This document shows, in pieces, positions 18,254-27,380 of a stretch of 51,390 bases of DNA; positions within the stretch are counted from its first letter, which is position 1, and every line of letters begins with the position of its first letter. This stretch comes from Candidatus Woesearchaeota archaeon. Its GTDB lineage: Archaea; Nanobdellota; Nanobdellia; UBA10117. A program made the translations under genes and the position numbers. The notes beneath the pieces were generated by a model, which ran no database searches, was not told the origin of the DNA, and worked only from the letters and a program-made list of their open reading frames with translations. Location of the stretch: positions 10,168-61,557 of the forward strand of contig CAZUEL010000001.1 of assembly GCA_964619325.1 (NCBI GenBank), read 5' to 3'.

Positions 18254-19504
18254 TTACGTGCCTTCCTCAAACCCTTCCAGATATTTTTTCTGCTCTGCTG
18301 TTAGATTGTCAATAGCAATGCCCATCGTTGCCAGCTTGATTTGCGCGACCTCCTCGTCCTGGCCTGCAGGGATTTTGTACACCTGCGGCGCCAGCTTTCC
18401 GCGGTTCTTTGCCAGCCACAAAATTGATAAGAATTGATTTGCAAACGACATGTCCATCACTTCTGACGGGTGGCCTTCTGCTGCGGCTAGGTTGACAAGC
18501 CTGCCCTCAGCGAGCAAGAATAATTTATTTCCATTCTGCAATGTGTACTCGACATTGTCTTTCCGAATTTCGCGCTTTGACTTCGCAATCTTTTCTAGCG
18601 CGGCGGCATCAATCTCCAGGTTGAAGTGGCCGGAGTTTGCGAGGACTGCGCCATTTTTCATCGAGCCGAAATGTTTTTCTGTAATTATGTTTTTGCAGCC
18701 GGTTGTTGTTATGAAAATGTCGCCAACCCTTGCTGCTTCGTGCATTGGCATTACCTTGAAGCCCTCCATTCTCGCGCGCAGTGCATTAATTGGGTTGACT
18801 TCTGTTATTATTACATCTGCACCCATGCCTTTCGCACGCATCGCCACGCCATGGCCGCAGTGGCCGTAGCCGGCAACGACAATATTTTTTCCAGCGAGCA
18901 TTATATTTGTGGCGCGTTTTATTCCATCCAACGTGGATTCGCCAGTCCCATAGACGTTATCGAAGTCCCACTTTGTTATAGCATCCGAGACAGCGACAAC
19001 TGGATATTTCAGCATCTTTGCGTTCGCCATTGCTTTAATTCTGTTGATTCCAGTTGTTGTCTCCTCACAGCCGCCGATAATATCTTTTACAAGCTCTGGA
19101 AACTTCTGGTGAATTGTGAAAACTAGGTCCGCACCATCATCAATTGTTAGGTGTGGCTTTGATTTCAGGGTTTGCTCGACGCACCAATAATACTCCTCGG
19201 ATGAAAGACCGCGCCACGCGTAAATGTCTACTCCATCCGCCGCCAATGCGGCAGCGACATCATCCTGTGTTGACAATGGATTGCAGCCAGACCATGCTGT
19301 TTGTGCGCCCGCCGCGTGCAATGCACGAACTAGGACTGCAGTCTCCTTTGTCACATGCAAACAGCCTGCAATCCTCAGGCCAGCCAGTGGTTTTGCCTGC
19401 TCAAATCTTTTTTTGAGTTCCATCAAGACGGGCATTCTTGATTCTGCCCACTCTATTTTCAACTTTCCTTGGGCCGCCAGGCCTGCGTTTAATATCTTGG
19501 CCAT
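18254..19504 (-). CDS. ahcY: S-adenosyl-L-homocysteine hydrolase
   Basis: 416 aa. CNPLSTQDDVAAAL, GYGHCGHGVA NAD-binding motif and HPSEVMDMSFANQ are all hallmark AhcY segments. Confidence 0.95.
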   Translation of the reverse strand: MAKILNAGLAAQGKLKIEWAESRMPVLMELKKRFEQAKPLAGLRIAGCLHVTKETAVLVRALHAAGAQTAWSGCNPLSTQDDVAAALAADGVDIYAWRGLSSEEYYWCVEQTLKSKPHLTIDDGADLVFTIHQKFPELVKDIIGGCEETTTGINRIKAMANAKMLKYPVVAVSDAITKWDFDNVYGTGESTLDGIKRATNIMLAGKNIVVAGYGHCGHGVAMRAKGMGADVIITEVNPINALRARMEGFKVMPMHEAARVGDIFITTTGCKNIITEKHFGSMKNGAVLANSGHFNLEIDAAALEKIAKSKREIRKDNVEYTLQNGNKLFLLAEGRLVNLAAAEGHPSEVMDMSFANQFLSILWLAKNRGKLAPQVYKIPAGQDEEVAQIKLATMGIAIDNLTAEQKKYLEGFEEGT

Positions 19505-19526
19505 CCGCAGTTTGAATTAGAAAGAA

Positions 19527-19534
19527 TTATAAAT
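19527..19534. promoter_or_regulatory. Shared TATA box for the divergent leaderless genes ahcY and the WCPDC gene
   Basis: TTATAAAT is centred about 26 nt from the ahcY ATG (19504) and about 24 nt from the ATG at 19554. The intergenic spacer is only 49 nt. Confidence 0.55.
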
Positions 19535-19553
19535 GTTTCTGCAAAACTGAAAT

Positions 19554-20060
19554 ATGCCAATTGAAGTTAAATGGGCGTACGATTCTAGGAACTTAACTCC
19601 AGTTGGGTCGGAACTTGTGCTAAGACAAACTCTCGGCGGCAGGCCTGCGCCAGTAATTTTAGTTTATTGCGAAGCCGCAACACCACAATTCACGCCGCCA
19701 GCCAGCGATGGGAAAGCAGATTCATGGTGCCCAGACTGTGCACAGAACGCGCCGCAATTGCAACGGTTCATTTCTGAAATACGTGGGCAGGAAAAAGATG
19801 TCACATTGGTAAGAACAATTGCCAGCTTCAGCAAGAGTGACTGGAAATATATTGATGGATCGCCGCACATGTATAATCCATTCCGGCGCAGGCCATGGAA
19901 TGAGTATGGCAATCCTGCCGGCCTGCCATTCGCGGTTGCCGCAGAGATTCACGGGGGCGAGCTATTTGTGACATATTTGGAAAGAAATCCAACGTACGAT
20001 AACTTGCTGGCATTATTAGGAAATGCAGCACAAAGGGCAAGCACGTTTAATCAAACTTAA
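19554..20060 (+). CDS. TXNDC17/TRP14-like thioredoxin-fold protein (DUF953-like)
   Basis: GKADSWCPDCAQNAP contains the WCPDC active site recalled from TXNDC17. The downstream DWKY...NPFRR resembles YWKDPNNDFR. Confidence 0.65.
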   Translation: MPIEVKWAYDSRNLTPVGSELVLRQTLGGRPAPVILVYCEAATPQFTPPASDGKADSWCPDCAQNAPQLQRFISEIRGQEKDVTLVRTIASFSKSDWKYIDGSPHMYNPFRRRPWNEYGNPAGLPFAVAAEIHGGELFVTYLERNPTYDNLLALLGNAAQRASTFNQT

Positions 20061-20397
20061 TATTTGTATCTAATAATTTGGGCGCGTTCGGCCCGCGGAG
20101 GTTTAGAAGCATGTGCCCTTGGAATTGGTCAGAGTGATAGAGGCAATACATAATCCCTGTCCTGAACTTTTTGTTTGTTTTGTCCATCAACGCGCTAAGC
20201 TTTTTCAAATCCTGCTCAGTGACGTGGATCTTGCCTAAATCCATATCTATTTCGGTCGCATCACTGAAAATGAGCTTGTATTTTATCTTTCCATATAATT
20301 TTAGTTTTGTTTTTGCAAACTCTTTCAGCAGGAAACCGAGAAATTTTTTGTTTGCGAATGGCTCTTTTTTATTGAGTGGCATAAAACTAAAATGCAA
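20047..20397 (-). CDS. Hypothetical protein
   Basis: 116-aa K-rich ORF, AT-rich, no motif. Confidence 0.4.
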   Translation of the reverse strand: MHFSFMPLNKKEPFANKKFLGFLLKEFAKTKLKLYGKIKYKLIFSDATEIDMDLGKIHVTEQDLKKLSALMDKTNKKFRTGIMYCLYHSDQFQGHMLLNLRGPNAPKLLDTNIKFD

Positions 20398-20555
20398 TTA
20401 TACTATAAAAATGCATGTGTACGTAAATTAACTCGCCGGTGGTTTAATTGCTTCTGCAATTCTGCGCTCAAGAGGGTTAGTTGGTGTTGTTAAATTTAAG
20501 CTTAATATGCCAGCTAACTCTGCTGCATACACTCTTTCGCCTGTCATAATCCAAA

Positions 20556-20750
20556 CTAGATATGAAGGGTATCCGCCCGAATGCCATAACCCAACTTCGT
20601 AGTGACCATACCCGCATCTACAACAGATAATGCTACTTGTCCGTCATGCACCAAATGCCAAAGACGTGGTGTTCGTTCCACCCACGATCCCTGCGCCGCC
20701 GCTTTAATAGCTTCTTCAATAGCTTGTTCGGAAACAGGCTGCATGAACAA
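20556..20750 (-). CDS. Hypothetical protein (possibly part of a disrupted gene)
   Basis: 64-aa ORF. A further 39-codon ORF follows on the same strand in another frame (about 20432-20550). Confidence 0.3.
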   Translation of the reverse strand: MFMQPVSEQAIEEAIKAAAQGSWVERTPRLWHLVHDGQVALSVVDAGMVTTKLGYGIRADTLHI

Positions 20751-20849
20751 ATTAGTGTGACAAAACTTTTAAACCTTTGTATGCGAATACATATACCAGC
20801 TATGTAATTTTATGTGCGTGTTTAAGCTTTTAAACAATAATTATTTATC

Positions 20850-21485
20850 TTGCTCATGCCAATCATAAACTTCCTGTTCCAGTATGCAGAGCATTTCGGA
20901 TACCTGGCGGTCTATGGCCTAATAACTGGCAGCAGCTTTGGCCTGCCAATCCCGGAGGATGCCACTTTACTTGTCGCTGGCTATGCCGCAAGCCAGCATT
21001 TTATCAAGCTCCCGTTCCTAATGATTGTCGCGGTGCTTGGCATTCTGACTGGAGACAATCTTGGCTACTGGCTCGGCCGCAGGCATGCCGACGACATACA
21101 GAACTTCCTATTCAGGCACGGCCATAAAATATTTCTAACGCCAGAGAAGGTGAACAAAATCTACCTGACTTTCAGAAAACACCCGGACTGGACAATTTTC
21201 CTCTCCCGGTTTGTGGTGGGTTTGCGGTTCATCGCCCCCCTGATTGCCGGCTCCTCAGGGATGAAGTGGCGCGAGTTCTTCCTCTTCAATTTAATTGGCG
21301 CAGTGCTTGTTGGCACTCTGATACCGTTGGGAGGTTGGTACTTCGGGCAGAACCTCGGAATGATTTCAAAATTTGTAAAGGATTTTTACTTAGTTATTAC
21401 TATAATTACTGCGGCAGTAATAATTCCAGCGATTTTTATGTACCGAAGGAAAAAGCGGGCAACGGCTGCTAAGAAAGGCTTATAA
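20850..21485 (+). CDS. DedA family membrane protein
   Basis: GLPIPEDATLLVAGY plus GDNLGYWLGRR and FLSRFVVGLRFIAPLIAG are typical DedA/SNARE-associated motifs. Confidence 0.85.
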   Translation: MLMPIINFLFQYAEHFGYLAVYGLITGSSFGLPIPEDATLLVAGYAASQHFIKLPFLMIVAVLGILTGDNLGYWLGRRHADDIQNFLFRHGHKIFLTPEKVNKIYLTFRKHPDWTIFLSRFVVGLRFIAPLIAGSSGMKWREFFLFNLIGAVLVGTLIPLGGWYFGQNLGMISKFVKDFYLVITIITAAVIIPAIFMYRRKKRATAAKKGL

Positions 21486-21507
21486 GAAGACGACTAAGCC
21501 ACAGCCC

Positions 21508-21789
21508 ATGGACTATGATTTAGAGCTCAACCGCATCGTTTCTGAAGTAAAGAAGCTAGACAAAGAAAAAGCTAAGGTCTGCCTGCAATTCCCTGATGGC
21601 TTAAAGGCAAATGCCACCCAGGCTGTGAAAGAGTTAGAAGAACTTACCGCCGGCAAGGCCAGCTTCTTCATCTGGGCCGGCTCGAACTTCGGCGGCTGTG
21701 ATTACCCTTGGTACCTGAAGGACTTAGGGTTTGACCTGCTTGTGAACTTCGGGCACTCGGTGTTCAAGAAATGGCCTGCCAAAAACTAA
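21508..21789 (+). CDS. Dph2-like N-terminal domain only (truncated diphthamide synthesis protein)
   Basis: KVCLQFPDGLK...FIWAGSNFGGCDYPWYLKDLGFDLLVNFGHS aligns by eye with residues about 20-95 of archaeal Dph2. The ORF stops after 93 aa and does not continue in any frame. Confidence 0.6.
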   Translation: MDYDLELNRIVSEVKKLDKEKAKVCLQFPDGLKANATQAVKELEELTAGKASFFIWAGSNFGGCDYPWYLKDLGFDLLVNFGHSVFKKWPAKN

Positions 21790-21884
21790 ATTCTCATACT
21801 TAAATCTCCCCCAGCCAGCAGTAACTAAATCTTATATAGCCAGCCCTCCTCCTAAAGAAGTTAGAAAACTAACGGAGGTAAGAT

Positions 21885-22172
21885 ATGGCCTTTTTGGAAG
21901 GTACAATTGGCGTAGGTGTTGGCCTACTAGTAGGACTAGCGCTGTTAAAGTACAGCGGATACGTTGACCAGCTCAAGAAAGAGCTCGGCTACTTCGCAGC
22001 GGGTGCGGTATTCCTGTTGCTAACTTCGGTGTTAGGAACAGTATCAGACGCGATCCCAAGCGTAGCAGGGGCAGTCGGCTGGATAAATATAATATTCGAC
22101 GTTATCGCGTTCATACTAGTGCTCATCGGCGCGATTGCAATGGCTATACAAATCTTCAGCAAGCTGAGGTAA
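21885..22172 (+). CDS. Small membrane protein (3 helices)
   Basis: 95-aa ORF preceded by GGAGGT. Three hydrophobic helices. Confidence 0.5.
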   Translation: MAFLEGTIGVGVGLLVGLALLKYSGYVDQLKKELGYFAAGAVFLLLTSVLGTVSDAIPSVAGAVGWINIIFDVIAFILVLIGAIAMAIQIFSKLR

Positions 22173-22202
22173 GTGTAAGCCCCGTTTATTTTGTTTTATT
22201 TT

Positions 22203-22889
22203 TTATTCAATTTTAAATTTTGTTAGCTTCGGCGAAGCCTCGACAGTTTTATTGAAAATCTGCCTGAGCTGTGAGATAACGCCGGCGTATTGCTCAATGC
22301 CAACGCCAGCTTTCCTCAAATCCGCATGGCCTGCAATTAGGTATGCGTGCATCTCGTCCAAGTAAGTTTCTTTGTGGTAGCCTGCGGTGCTGCCCAAGAA
22401 ATTCTGCAGGCCGGCCCGCTGTTCCTTGCTCAGGTGAGCCAGTGCCCTAAGGACTGCCCGTTTGTAATTGCGATCGGTATTGAACAGCCCATGCGCCACC
22501 TCATGCCTTAAGTCATGCTCGCTTCCATTCTTCCAGGTCGCGATGACATAAACTCCATCATCCACCCACGCTTTTAGTATTTTTAGGAGCGATTGCTCGC
22601 GCTGGCTTAGCGGATCGAATTCTCCAGATTGGAATGGCCTAAACGCTCTTGCTGGCAGATTGAACGCGTCCCAGTCAGTTGCATATGTAAACTTGCCAGT
22701 CTTTTGTCCATTTGGAGAGTTTGCGGTGTACCACGCAATAAACTCTTCAAGAGTAAAGCTGCGCCCCTTAAATTGCGGTGACTCAAAATGCTCTTGAATT
22801 CTTACAAATGCATACGCCAGCGCCTCACGCGAAGAGAATTCGACGAGCGTAAGCCTATCAGTCAGGTTTTCTAGTTTTAGCTGCATCAA
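22203..22889 (-). CDS. Hypothetical protein with HExxH motif
   Basis: 228 aa. LRHEVAHGLFNTD suggests a zincin-like site. No family recognised. Confidence 0.4.
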   Translation of the reverse strand: MMQLKLENLTDRLTLVEFSSREALAYAFVRIQEHFESPQFKGRSFTLEEFIAWYTANSPNGQKTGKFTYATDWDAFNLPARAFRPFQSGEFDPLSQREQSLLKILKAWVDDGVYVIATWKNGSEHDLRHEVAHGLFNTDRNYKRAVLRALAHLSKEQRAGLQNFLGSTAGYHKETYLDEMHAYLIAGHADLRKAGVGIEQYAGVISQLRQIFNKTVEASPKLTKFKIE

Positions 22890-22968
22890 CAGGCCAGCCA
22901 GAAACAGTTTTTAAGCTTTTTCCAGCAATTTAGAAAAACTTATATATGAGTGCGTTTGTAACTCGTGT

Positions 22969-23484
22969 ATGGTCGCTGCAAAAACTTATGTAAAAGTTCC
23001 GAATTACGTGTTAATTGTCAGTGTGCTTGCAGTCCTCATCGCAGTGGCCGCGCTCTCGCTGGCACTGCAAAAGGAAAAGACAGCGCCAATTGTCAAAACG
23101 CAGGAAACCGAGTTGGCACCGTACCAAGAGTCAACAAGCGCTGAAGTTCCGCTGAAATATGTCGTGACCGAGGCAAATAACATAACGCGCTACTACAATT
23201 ACTCAACTTATGTTGTCGGTAATGTGTGGTTGAAAAATGTTGACACTGAGACTGGCGAGTTTCGTGTTGCTGCAGATTTAACTGTGAATGGCAAGACAAC
23301 CACCCACACTTTGGCATATGTATTAACATCCGGTGCCGCAAAGAGATTCTACTTTGAGTTCCAACTGCCGCACGACGGTGCGAGTTTTGGCTATAAATAT
23401 ACGGTCACGCCACCGACAAAGACAGTAACGCAGACAACAACAAAGTACAAGCAGGTTGTAAAGACGACTGAGAACTCAAGCTAG
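22969..23484 (+). CDS. Membrane-anchored extracytoplasmic protein
   Basis: N-terminal TM (VLIVSVLAVLIAVAALSLAL), then a T/Y/V-rich beta-type sequence. Confidence 0.5.
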   Translation: MVAAKTYVKVPNYVLIVSVLAVLIAVAALSLALQKEKTAPIVKTQETELAPYQESTSAEVPLKYVVTEANNITRYYNYSTYVVGNVWLKNVDTETGEFRVAADLTVNGKTTTHTLAYVLTSGAAKRFYFEFQLPHDGASFGYKYTVTPPTKTVTQTTTKYKQVVKTTENSS

Positions 23485-24426
23485 TGTAAACACAATTCTG
23501 TGCAAGAATCCGAACACCATCAGTATTATCACTGCCGCCGCGAGGACAGCAGGCTCGTGCTTCCTCAAAATCGAGCCACGTAGGTAAGATTCAATCGCAA
23601 AATAGACAAACCCAGAGAGCGCGGCCAGCGTTAGCGTGAAGTACGGCATACCTAAGCTTGTTGGGATAACATTTGACAACATCGCCGCGAAAAGAATGCC
23701 TGCCGAACTAATCAGAAGCTGTACAGATTTTTTCTCCTGTTTTAGGCCGATGTATGTCCCGTACAAACCGAGATAGATTGGAATCACGCCGGCCAGCACA
23801 AACAGGCTCCTCAACGTCAGCCTCTCTCCAATGACAGAATAATAGTTTGCACTTATGTGCTCTTTTATCAGCAAGTAAAGTGTTGGCGTAAGTCGCAACA
23901 CCAAAAACACCGCGAGTAGAACTGCTGTGGAAGTAAGTATGAAATAAAACTCATCCCGCGACATCTCCTTCTTCTCAAGCCACATCACAAACGAGTATAA
24001 TAAAAATATCGGTACTAGGGCGAGGCTGTATACGTGCAGCAGTGAAAACGTAAGCACCGGAATCACAAGCAACGTCCACTGGATTTCCTTGACATACAAA
24101 AGTGCAAGAATTGACAATAAGAAGAAGAATAATGAAACCGTGTGTGTAAGCTGGGCGACTGTTTTCCAGCCATATAATTGAATTGTGGATGCCATCGCCG
24201 TAGAAAATAATCCTGCGCCAGCACTGCCCGTAATATTTTCGGAAATTTTATAGACTAACAATAAAACCAGCAGGCCAACCGCACCAGAAACAACATAATC
24301 CGCAAGATTTTCTGCCGGTGGTGGAATAATTCCATAGAGGAATACCAGCAGGCCAGCACTCGCAAGTAAGATGAGGGCTAGCACATAGTACTTGTACTCT
24401 TCGACAACTGAGTCTAATGGGGCCAC
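23476..24426 (-). CDS. Polytopic membrane protein, unknown function
   Basis: 316 aa with about 9 hydrophobic helices. No catalytic motif recognised. Confidence 0.55.
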   Translation of the reverse strand: MAPLDSVVEEYKYYVLALILLASAGLLVFLYGIIPPPAENLADYVVSGAVGLLVLLLVYKISENITGSAGAGLFSTAMASTIQLYGWKTVAQLTHTVSLFFFLLSILALLYVKEIQWTLLVIPVLTFSLLHVYSLALVPIFLLYSFVMWLEKKEMSRDEFYFILTSTAVLLAVFLVLRLTPTLYLLIKEHISANYYSVIGERLTLRSLFVLAGVIPIYLGLYGTYIGLKQEKKSVQLLISSAGILFAAMLSNVIPTSLGMPYFTLTLAALSGFVYFAIESYLRGSILRKHEPAVLAAAVIILMVFGFLHRIVFTLA

Positions 24427-24505
24427 AAGTTGGCTTGGGATTTGCGTTTAAATAGTTAGCGCAGGCCATCGAAAGTATTTTAAGATTAACACCGCAGGAA
24501 AATAT

Positions 24506-24853
24506 ATGGATGAAAACAAGGCACGGGAAATATTAAGGCGAATTGGCGAAGGCGGAAAATTAGAAGTTAAATTGTATGCAAGAGTATGCAGCAGCGTAGA
24601 CGACGATGGATTTGATTGTACTGATGGTAGTACCAGCGGGCGCTCAGGAGACTCGCTGATTGGCAGACTAACAGAGATAGGGCAGAAGGACGAGAACGAA
24701 CTCTCTTTCATAATTGATGATGGTACTGGTAATAATGGAACTCGCATTTATTATGCACACGTGCATTCAATTTATCAATTAATTAGAAAACCTTCGTCGC
24801 CACTTGCGACAGCCGATCAACGGTTCCGGCTTATTAGACAAGAGGCACACTAG
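24506..24853 (+). CDS. Hypothetical protein
   Basis: 115-aa acidic ORF, no motif. Confidence 0.4.
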   Translation: MDENKAREILRRIGEGGKLEVKLYARVCSSVDDDGFDCTDGSTSGRSGDSLIGRLTEIGQKDENELSFIIDDGTGNNGTRIYYAHVHSIYQLIRKPSSPLATADQRFRLIRQEAH

Positions 24854-25929
24854 TTGCCCAATTGCCTTACCAGCTCCGTTGCATACGCACCCTTCGGCAG
24901 CTCAAACTTCAAAACAACTTTATACTTCCCGCGATTTAATTCATCCTTCTCAGGCTCGCCAGCCTCAAAATGTTTTGCTTTCACAAGTGCAGGCCTGCTT
25001 GCTCCCTCGCTGGCAAGCTCTGGCATGCTCACACAGCGGAATGAGTCTAAAGTTAAATTGTCAGCAACTAACAATTCTTTTATCTTTTTAGAAAAAATAT
25101 CTTCTCCTAGTTTTGTTTTGAAACCCGGTATGTGGTATTCTTTCTTCAATCTACCTCTTACCACTGCTAATCCAGAATTCCACAAATAGCTCTGATATGC
25201 GTGTACATACATCCTACGCGTTGGCTTCGGTAGCCTTCGCAGCGCACCGGCAAAATCTGTTGGGACTTGGCTAAGATGTTTTAGCACGGTTGTTTCAATG
25301 CTGAGGAATTTCGGGCAGATATTTAGGATTGCTTGCCAATCGCCGAAATGTTTTTTGGCAAACTTGCGGAAGGTGCTTGCCTCTTTATTCTCCTGCTCTG
25401 AATATGTCAGCAAGTAGTAAACCGCATCCCGAAAATAGCCGCGGATGATCTCGCGGCCCACTAACGCTGAGTTCCCGCCGCCGAACCGCTGCTCGCCGAA
25501 GTAATTGAGAAAGCATGCCTTATTTAATATTACATAATTATATTTAGCACTATTTAATTCTTTTTTATTTAAATCTCGCAGAACGATCTCAAACCTATTT
25601 CCAGTTAAATCGCCGAGTGCCAGCCTATCAGCAAACCTGCCAGCCACTTCAATCTCAATATCCTTGAGTTTTAAATTTTGTAATTTCTCCTCGCTAACCT
25701 GAAACGCAGAAACTAATTGTTTTGTTATTGCACTCGCATCCTTTGTGCCGGCAAAGTGAAACCGTGCGAAGGAAACATTCAAGGCTTTTGCAATTGCCAT
25801 AATTGCGCGGACAGTTGTGTAATTCCGCTTGGTCAGCCAGAAGTAAGTGTACGCGCCATCTATTGCCAGCTTAGGCAGCTTGATTAGTTCGTCAACCTTG
25901 AAGTCTTCAGGGATTTGTTTTAGTTTCAT
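24850..25929 (-). CDS. truD: tRNA pseudouridine synthase D (TruD/Pus7 family)
   Basis: IPEDFKVDE at the N-terminus, FAGTKDASAITKQ (GxKD catalytic Asp motif), NYFGEQRFG. Confidence 0.9.
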   Translation of the reverse strand: MKLKQIPEDFKVDELIKLPKLAIDGAYTYFWLTKRNYTTVRAIMAIAKALNVSFARFHFAGTKDASAITKQLVSAFQVSEEKLQNLKLKDIEIEVAGRFADRLALGDLTGNRFEIVLRDLNKKELNSAKYNYVILNKACFLNYFGEQRFGGGNSALVGREIIRGYFRDAVYYLLTYSEQENKEASTFRKFAKKHFGDWQAILNICPKFLSIETTVLKHLSQVPTDFAGALRRLPKPTRRMYVHAYQSYLWNSGLAVVRGRLKKEYHIPGFKTKLGEDIFSKKIKELLVADNLTLDSFRCVSMPELASEGASRPALVKAKHFEAGEPEKDELNRGKYKVVLKFELPKGAYATELVRQLGN

Positions 25930-25932
25930 AAC

Positions 25933-26526
25933 TCACGCCATAGAAGCTAGTATGTGCATTCTGGCAACAAAATACCGTTTAATTAATTTGAAATTGTCTG
26001 CAATTGCTTTTGTATCCCTGAACACAATTGCTTCACCAATCTTGGTGAGCTTTCTCGCGTGATTTATCTGCGCAGCCATATTCTCATCAGTGTATTGACC
26101 CTTGCCGGCCCGCCGATTAGCAACTTCAGTGCGTATCAAGCTGATTATTATAAACAGCTGCTCAAATATGTGTATTAGTATCACGTCATCGTGCAGTAAA
26201 TTTTCTAACACTGAATCAATCGCACTGACAGAAATCAATGATCTCGTTGCAGCATCGCGCAGCGCAGCCTGTCTCGTAAGGCTGAACGCAGAGTTCACTA
26301 AGCGCAATTCTGCTTCTTCTCCGCCGCGCTCATGACGGACTAAAGTCATGCCCTGATTTGCCAATGCCTCGCCGTTTTCTGCATTTTTAGCTATGCCAGT
26401 TAGGTTGTTAGAAACTATCTTCCGCAGCGTTTTGCATATTTCTTCCAATGCGCGTTGTTCTTTTACAAGTTCGCTAGCCAGTTGTTCTGCACTGACAGGT
26501 TGCAGCCTGCCGGCACCAATTGTCAT
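25933..26526 (-). CDS. Hypothetical helical protein, operonic with truD
   Basis: 197-aa ORF ending 3 nt before the truD start. No motif. Confidence 0.45.
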   Translation of the reverse strand: MTIGAGRLQPVSAEQLASELVKEQRALEEICKTLRKIVSNNLTGIAKNAENGEALANQGMTLVRHERGGEEAELRLVNSAFSLTRQAALRDAATRSLISVSAIDSVLENLLHDDVILIHIFEQLFIIISLIRTEVANRRAGKGQYTDENMAAQINHARKLTKIGEAIVFRDTKAIADNFKLIKRYFVARMHILASMA

Positions 26527-26574
26527 ACAGTATAAATTTCAACTAACTTTATAAAGTTTTACAACAAGAATAAT

Positions 26575-27201
26575 TTATTGTGTGTTTGTTTCATTTTTTG
26601 ACATTTGTTTTTCGCGCAGTCCCTTCCAAATCCACCATACTATAAAAATAACAATGCCAGCGATTACAACATACTGAAATTTGTCAAACGCGCCAATGAT
26701 AGATTGCCAGCCAGCACCCAATCTGAAGCCAATATAAACCAAAAATAAGGTCCAGGGGATGATTCCGAGCAAGCTATACAGCACGAACTTCGAAAAGTTC
26801 ATGCGTGCAATTCCGGCAGGCAGCGATATCACAGTTCGGACAACTGGCAGGAGCCGCGAGAAAAATATCACGAACTCGCCGTGCTGGTTAAACCACCGCT
26901 CCGAGTGCTCAAAATGCTTGTGATTTAGGAAAAAGTATTTTCCATAGTTTAGCACAAACGGCCTGCCGCCGTATTTTCCTATCGCGTACGCTACCATCGA
27001 GCCGAACAGTTGGCCAATAGTCGTTGCAACAACAACCGCCCAGAAGTTCAACTTGCCAAGATAGGCAAGATAGCCCGCAAACGGCAGCACAATTTCAGAA
27101 GGAATTGGAAGTAGCGCGGATTCACCGGCAATAAGCCAGAACAAGCCTGTGTACCCCATGCTGGCAATCAAATTTACTATCGAAGAAGCCAGCTGTAACA
27201 T
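26575..27201 (-). CDS. DedA family membrane protein (second paralog)
   Basis: LLPIPSEIVLPFAGYL and FFSRLLPVVRTVISLPAG. Start moved to ATG 27201, which lies about 26 nt from the TATA TTTATAA at 27225-27231. The track start is a TTG at 27219. Confidence 0.8.
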   Translation of the reverse strand: MLQLASSIVNLIASMGYTGLFWLIAGESALLPIPSEIVLPFAGYLAYLGKLNFWAVVVATTIGQLFGSMVAYAIGKYGGRPFVLNYGKYFFLNHKHFEHSERWFNQHGEFVIFFSRLLPVVRTVISLPAGIARMNFSKFVLYSLLGIIPWTLFLVYIGFRLGAGWQSIIGAFDKFQYVVIAGIVIFIVWWIWKGLREKQMSKNETNTQ

Positions 27202-27260
27202 GGTGGTGTGTTTAATCAATATCTTTATAAATCCACCATTTCAGCCCCTCTTATGATACA

Positions 27261-27380
27261 ATCTGAACAACCAAGCGAACAAAGTTCGCTGGATCCAGAA
27301 AATTGCAAACAATTTTCTCGGAGTTCAGATGTGCATCAAAATCCCGGGGGATTTTGATTGTAAAGCGAACAAGGTTCGCT
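27261..27380 (+). promoter_or_regulatory. Structured leader: closing stem plus two hairpins (three-way junction) followed by two more hairpins
   Basis: Closing stem ATCTGAAC (27261-27268) / GTTCAGAT (27323-27330). Hairpins 27271-27292 CCAAGCGAAC-AAA-GTTCGCTGG, 27294-27322 (AGAAAATTG...CAATTTTCT), 27335-27358 (ATCAAAATCC-CGGG-GGATTTTGAT) and 27364-27380 AGCGAAC-AAG-GTTCGCT. Confidence 0.6.

Noticed and set aside
18450-19520. Several plus-strand ORFs (90-166 aa) inside ahcY
   Set aside because: The ahcY reading frame is unambiguous, so these are shadow ORFs.
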